This document shows positions 15,901-16,546 of a DNA stretch of 16,546 bases, piece after piece. Within the stretch, counting starts at the first letter, position 1; the number at the start of each line of letters is the position of its first letter. The notes beneath the pieces are model-generated. The model saw only the letters and a program-made list of their open reading frames with translations. It had not been told where the DNA came from and did not search any database. A program made the translations under genes and the position numbers. Origin of the DNA: Pedosphaera sp. (GTDB lineage: Bacteria; Verrucomicrobiota; Verrucomicrobiia; Limisphaerales; SIBH01); the NCBI GenBank assembly GCA_031414955.1, contig JANOQV010000128.1:1-16546 (forward strand). Reading direction: 5' to 3'.

Positions 15901-16337
15901 ACCTGGCCGGCAACGTGAACAGCAGCACGGTGCAACTGACGGTGCTGACTGACACCGACGGCGACGGCATCCCGGACAGCTACGAATCCTCTTACCCGAG
16001 CATTTTGAACTCGGGCAATCCGGCGGACGGTGGGCAAGATCCGGACACCGACCAGTTCATCAACCTGCACGAGTACATCGCGGGCACGGTGCCGACCAAC
16101 GGGGCGAGCTACTTGAGGCTGGAGCCGCTGCAATTCCTGCCCGGCAACAACGCCATCCTGCAATTCGCCGCCGTGTCGAACCGGACCTACGGGATTGATT
16201 TCCAGGACACCCTGGCCAATGCGTGGACGAATCTGTATTCCATCGCGCCTGTGACCACCAATCGCTCGTTGTCTTTCACCAACAATTACACGACGCCCAC
16301 GCGCTTCTATCGCGTCCAGATTCCACCGGCGCAGTAA
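9915..16337 (+). CDS. Large secreted CotH-kinase-family protein with jelly-roll, 2 Big-type Ig, 4 lamin-tail (LTD), 2 CHB_HEX_C/Fn3-associated-like and 3 immunoglobulin domains, DxDGDG Ca-binding motifs and a C-terminal domain, 2140 aa
   Basis: Start re-assigned to ATG 9915, with Sec signal MKKIITSILGFKLLLAAVLWSAWPGAVSA. CotH motifs at ~11970-13330 are RGSSTQGFPKSSY, DWVL, D.SLMHN, RFVEVF, YVGVYVLEE, NVDG and GPLWDVD. LTD starts are LITEFMTAN, IVTELMYHP, VITEALTH and TISEIMYHP. Also present are AIYYTLDGSDP, three Ig units (PIILQQPQD..TYQW, PAISLQP..LYQW, PGISNQ..TYRW) and DTDGDGIPD at 15951. Confidence 0.9.
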   Translation: MKKIITSILGFKLLLAAVLWSAWPGAVSAGEVVFLAPGYSNLPVGSLNWRYRLGTAEATTPVELWRSNAFTPDGTWLTGALPIGYPSAPAGDFYESNIVTTLPTSTVGNYLSVFIRKTFQVTNAANFTAVTLGLVVDDGAVVWLNGQEIMRFQCCALGGNAGLPTFDSVATTTLDTVPNTNQTANVPGGPLLEGANVLAIQLFNPNLTSSDLVLDVILKGTEVDTNPPAIFSQTPAPGLVGTLNQISVRFTEPVVGVNAGDLVINGSPATGVSGSGSNYVFTFPQPALGTVNITWSGTPGILDVAVPANEFDGTGPGATWSYTLIDNSPPTLVAISPTVGTAVEELNTIQVNFSEPVTNVDAADFLINGVAATNVAAFSPSIYSLQFAQPPTGAVSIVFLPGGITDLAAALNPFGGSNWTYTLDPNASSIPFLITEFMTANSGSGVNALRDEDGDSSDWIEIYNPLLTVANVGGYFLTDAAANLTKWRIPNGVVISSKGYLVVFASGKNRTNALARLHTNFQLNNGGEYLGLVNFKTNVISEYFPIYPPQSTDVSYGRDRLTPSVVGFYTVPTPGSNNVSSGAGFGPEVDFSVAGCTYATSFQLALTVPDPSSVIRYTIVNSAQDVGNATNIPIATSTLYTGPITINNTVQIRARAFPTNAVFFPGPPRSECYVLVAAALTNFESSLPIVVIHTVNSAALSSGFPALDNSVIIQVFDNTATNGRARLMAPPQLSKRGGINLRGSSTQGFPKSSYAVELWDEFNTDEESSFAGLPKESDWVLYAPNQFDTSLMHNPLLHHFPREMGYYSSRTRFVEVFVHNGAGAVTGTTNATGTGMGDYVGVYVLEEKVKRDGNRVDIDEVQFENTNYPSITGGYLLKIDRTDGNERTFAPGGVTVNYQDPDGLEMVTPARASQAAYINNYFTAFHNSLQGATVTNATGTNHYSNYLNIDETIDYHIMNVLTLNVDGYRLSGYIYKPRSGKIVFGPLWDVDRGLGTTKGDGRPLNPRCWQASNPSGNGGTDNGTDFFQGSTSPSWLGRMFADLDFWQRWIDRYQEWSGGNGILSSNHVNAVIDQFAAELNEAQVREAKRWVGGGSSDTGPRNGTLTTYNADYTHTFNGTYAGEIAFQKRWIIDRIQFFDTNLLARPGLSVAPGLVASGTVLNLNDLTGKAGTAIYYTLDGSDPRAPQGLTNPAAILYAGPVTITNNVRVRARAVNASHSNQTGITGISGAVPAGTRNPVLSSRWSGEKAGTYYTIVPPLIVTELMYHPPGPTSESDTNDADNFEYIELKNIGTNALNLAGFRFTNGIDFLFGATNGATVLAPGGYIVVAKNTNSFTQRFGYLAGLAGPYGGNFDNSGERVAMVGPALEPVFDFVYSDAWFELTDGGGFALVVQNDGAVTDLSTNTSWRSSSVDGGSPGAANPSPVIVTDLVVITEALTHTDLPALDTIELFNAGTNDAVIGGWWLSDDKGNPKKYEIPPGTILPAGSFITFDEDLFNPGGTNGFALSSSGDEVWVFSGTNGFITGYYQGYDFGAAQNGQTFGRHTNSQGAIHFVAQAANTLGTNNSLPFVGPVTISEIMYHPPESGTPPFLTDNSLDEFIELHNITSTNVPLYHGLFPVNTWQLSGGVDFTFPTNVSIAPTSYVVVVSFNPAVDGPAFRARYGVAPEVPLYGPYSGKLDNSGERVRLSRPDAPNGRDVPQIRVDQVDYADLPPWNAIADGLGASLQRLVVGDYGNDATNWNAAAPTPGSPVLGGAPPIILQQPQDITVIETSPTNISVVVSSATPVTYQWWRNSNAVPGAISATLNFPSIQLNQAGTYHATIFNGGGGLATTSAAVNVVSIPAISLQPASTNVPPGSNFNFQVQASGTGPLLYQWRFNGVNINGGTNPIIYFTNAQLTPHTGLYDVFITDNVGTRFSQIVTGIVLVRPGISNQIVAKTVLQGQNATFSLVAGPIHPLLPLTYRWLTNGVGIATSSVPSYTFVNVQLSRSVRVNVVNLAGNVNSSTVQLTVLTDTDGDGIPDSYESSYPSILNSGNPADGGQDPDTDQFINLHEYIAGTVPTNGASYLRLEPLQFLPGNNAILQFAAVSNRTYGIDFQDTLANAWTNLYSIAPVTTNRSLSFTNNYTTPTRFYRVQIPPAQ

Positions 16338-16374
16338 GGCTGGCGGGGCGGGAGACTCCAGAGTTTGAAAGCAC

Positions 16375-16411
16375 GCGGCCTTGGGGCAGCCCAAGGCCGC
16401 TTTTCATTCTT
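16375..16411 (+). terminator. Intrinsic (rho-independent) terminator of the CotH-protein gene
   Basis: A perfect 11-bp stem, GCGGCCTTGGG-gcag-CCCAAGGCCGC, followed by TTTTCATTCTT, starting 38 nt after the stop codon. Confidence 0.8.
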
Positions 16412-16491
16412 GAGGCGGGCGCCGACGCCCGTCGAATCAGGGCTGCCACTTGCGCGCGCCCCAATAAGAGCCGGTCTGAAAATTTGGAGGC

Positions 16492-16538
16492 GGAGTGCGC
16501 CCGTCCTCGGGCGCAGCCACATGATGACTTGGAGCGCG
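16492..16538 (+). repeat. GGAG-footed REP-like hairpin plus the start of a further GGAGCGCG unit at the window edge
   Basis: GGAG(16492-16495), then TGCGCCCG-tcct-CGGGCGCA (perfect 8-bp stem). GACTTGGAGCGCG at 16526-16538 is identical to 504-516. Confidence 0.6.
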
Positions 16539-16546
16539 TCGGAAAA

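Noticed and set aside
12243..16394. 1383-aa antisense ORF, and other long antisense ORFs at 2016-2984, 3648-4763, 5106-6914, 7014-8336, 10800-12110, 700-1350 and 8177-9640
   Set aside because: These are shadow ORFs opposite well-supported genes in GC-rich DNA. Their translations are rich in R/G/H/V/D and have no recognisable motifs.
16414..16433. Small hairpin GGCGGGCG-ccga-CGCCCGTC after the terminator
   Set aside because: It has no U-tract and no GGAG/GTAG foot, and short GC stems are common at this base composition.

Overview
GC-rich bacterial window, probably Verrucomicrobiota (Pedosphaera/Limisphaera-like). This is inferred from protein style, starts lacking Shine-Dalgarno sites and repeat types, and is not proven. 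Five real genes alternate in strand: (1) a stand-alone phage tail-collar-like protein (+); (2) an orphan OmpA/MotB-family peptidoglycan-binding membrane protein (-); (3) a ~2250-aa exported metzincin metallopeptidase with PKD, five jelly-roll and several Ig-like modules (+); (4) the radical-SAM heme chaperone hemW (-), which carries an in-frame palindromic heptamer-repeat insertion; (5) a ~2140-aa secreted CotH-kinase/lamin-tail/Ig protein (+). The two giant exoproteins have unrelated catalytic domains but share a jelly-roll module, a similar ~70-aa C-terminal domain ending FY[RQ][LV], and a strong Thr-Asn over Asn-Thr dipeptide bias. Together these suggest an uncharacterised export/sorting and modification system. 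Intergenic regions hold GGAG-footed REP-like hairpins, a 28-bp inverted repeat, a Pho-box-like 11-bp tandem repeat, candidate leaderless promoters and one clear intrinsic terminator. No rRNA, tRNA, CRISPR array, transposase or integrase was seen.
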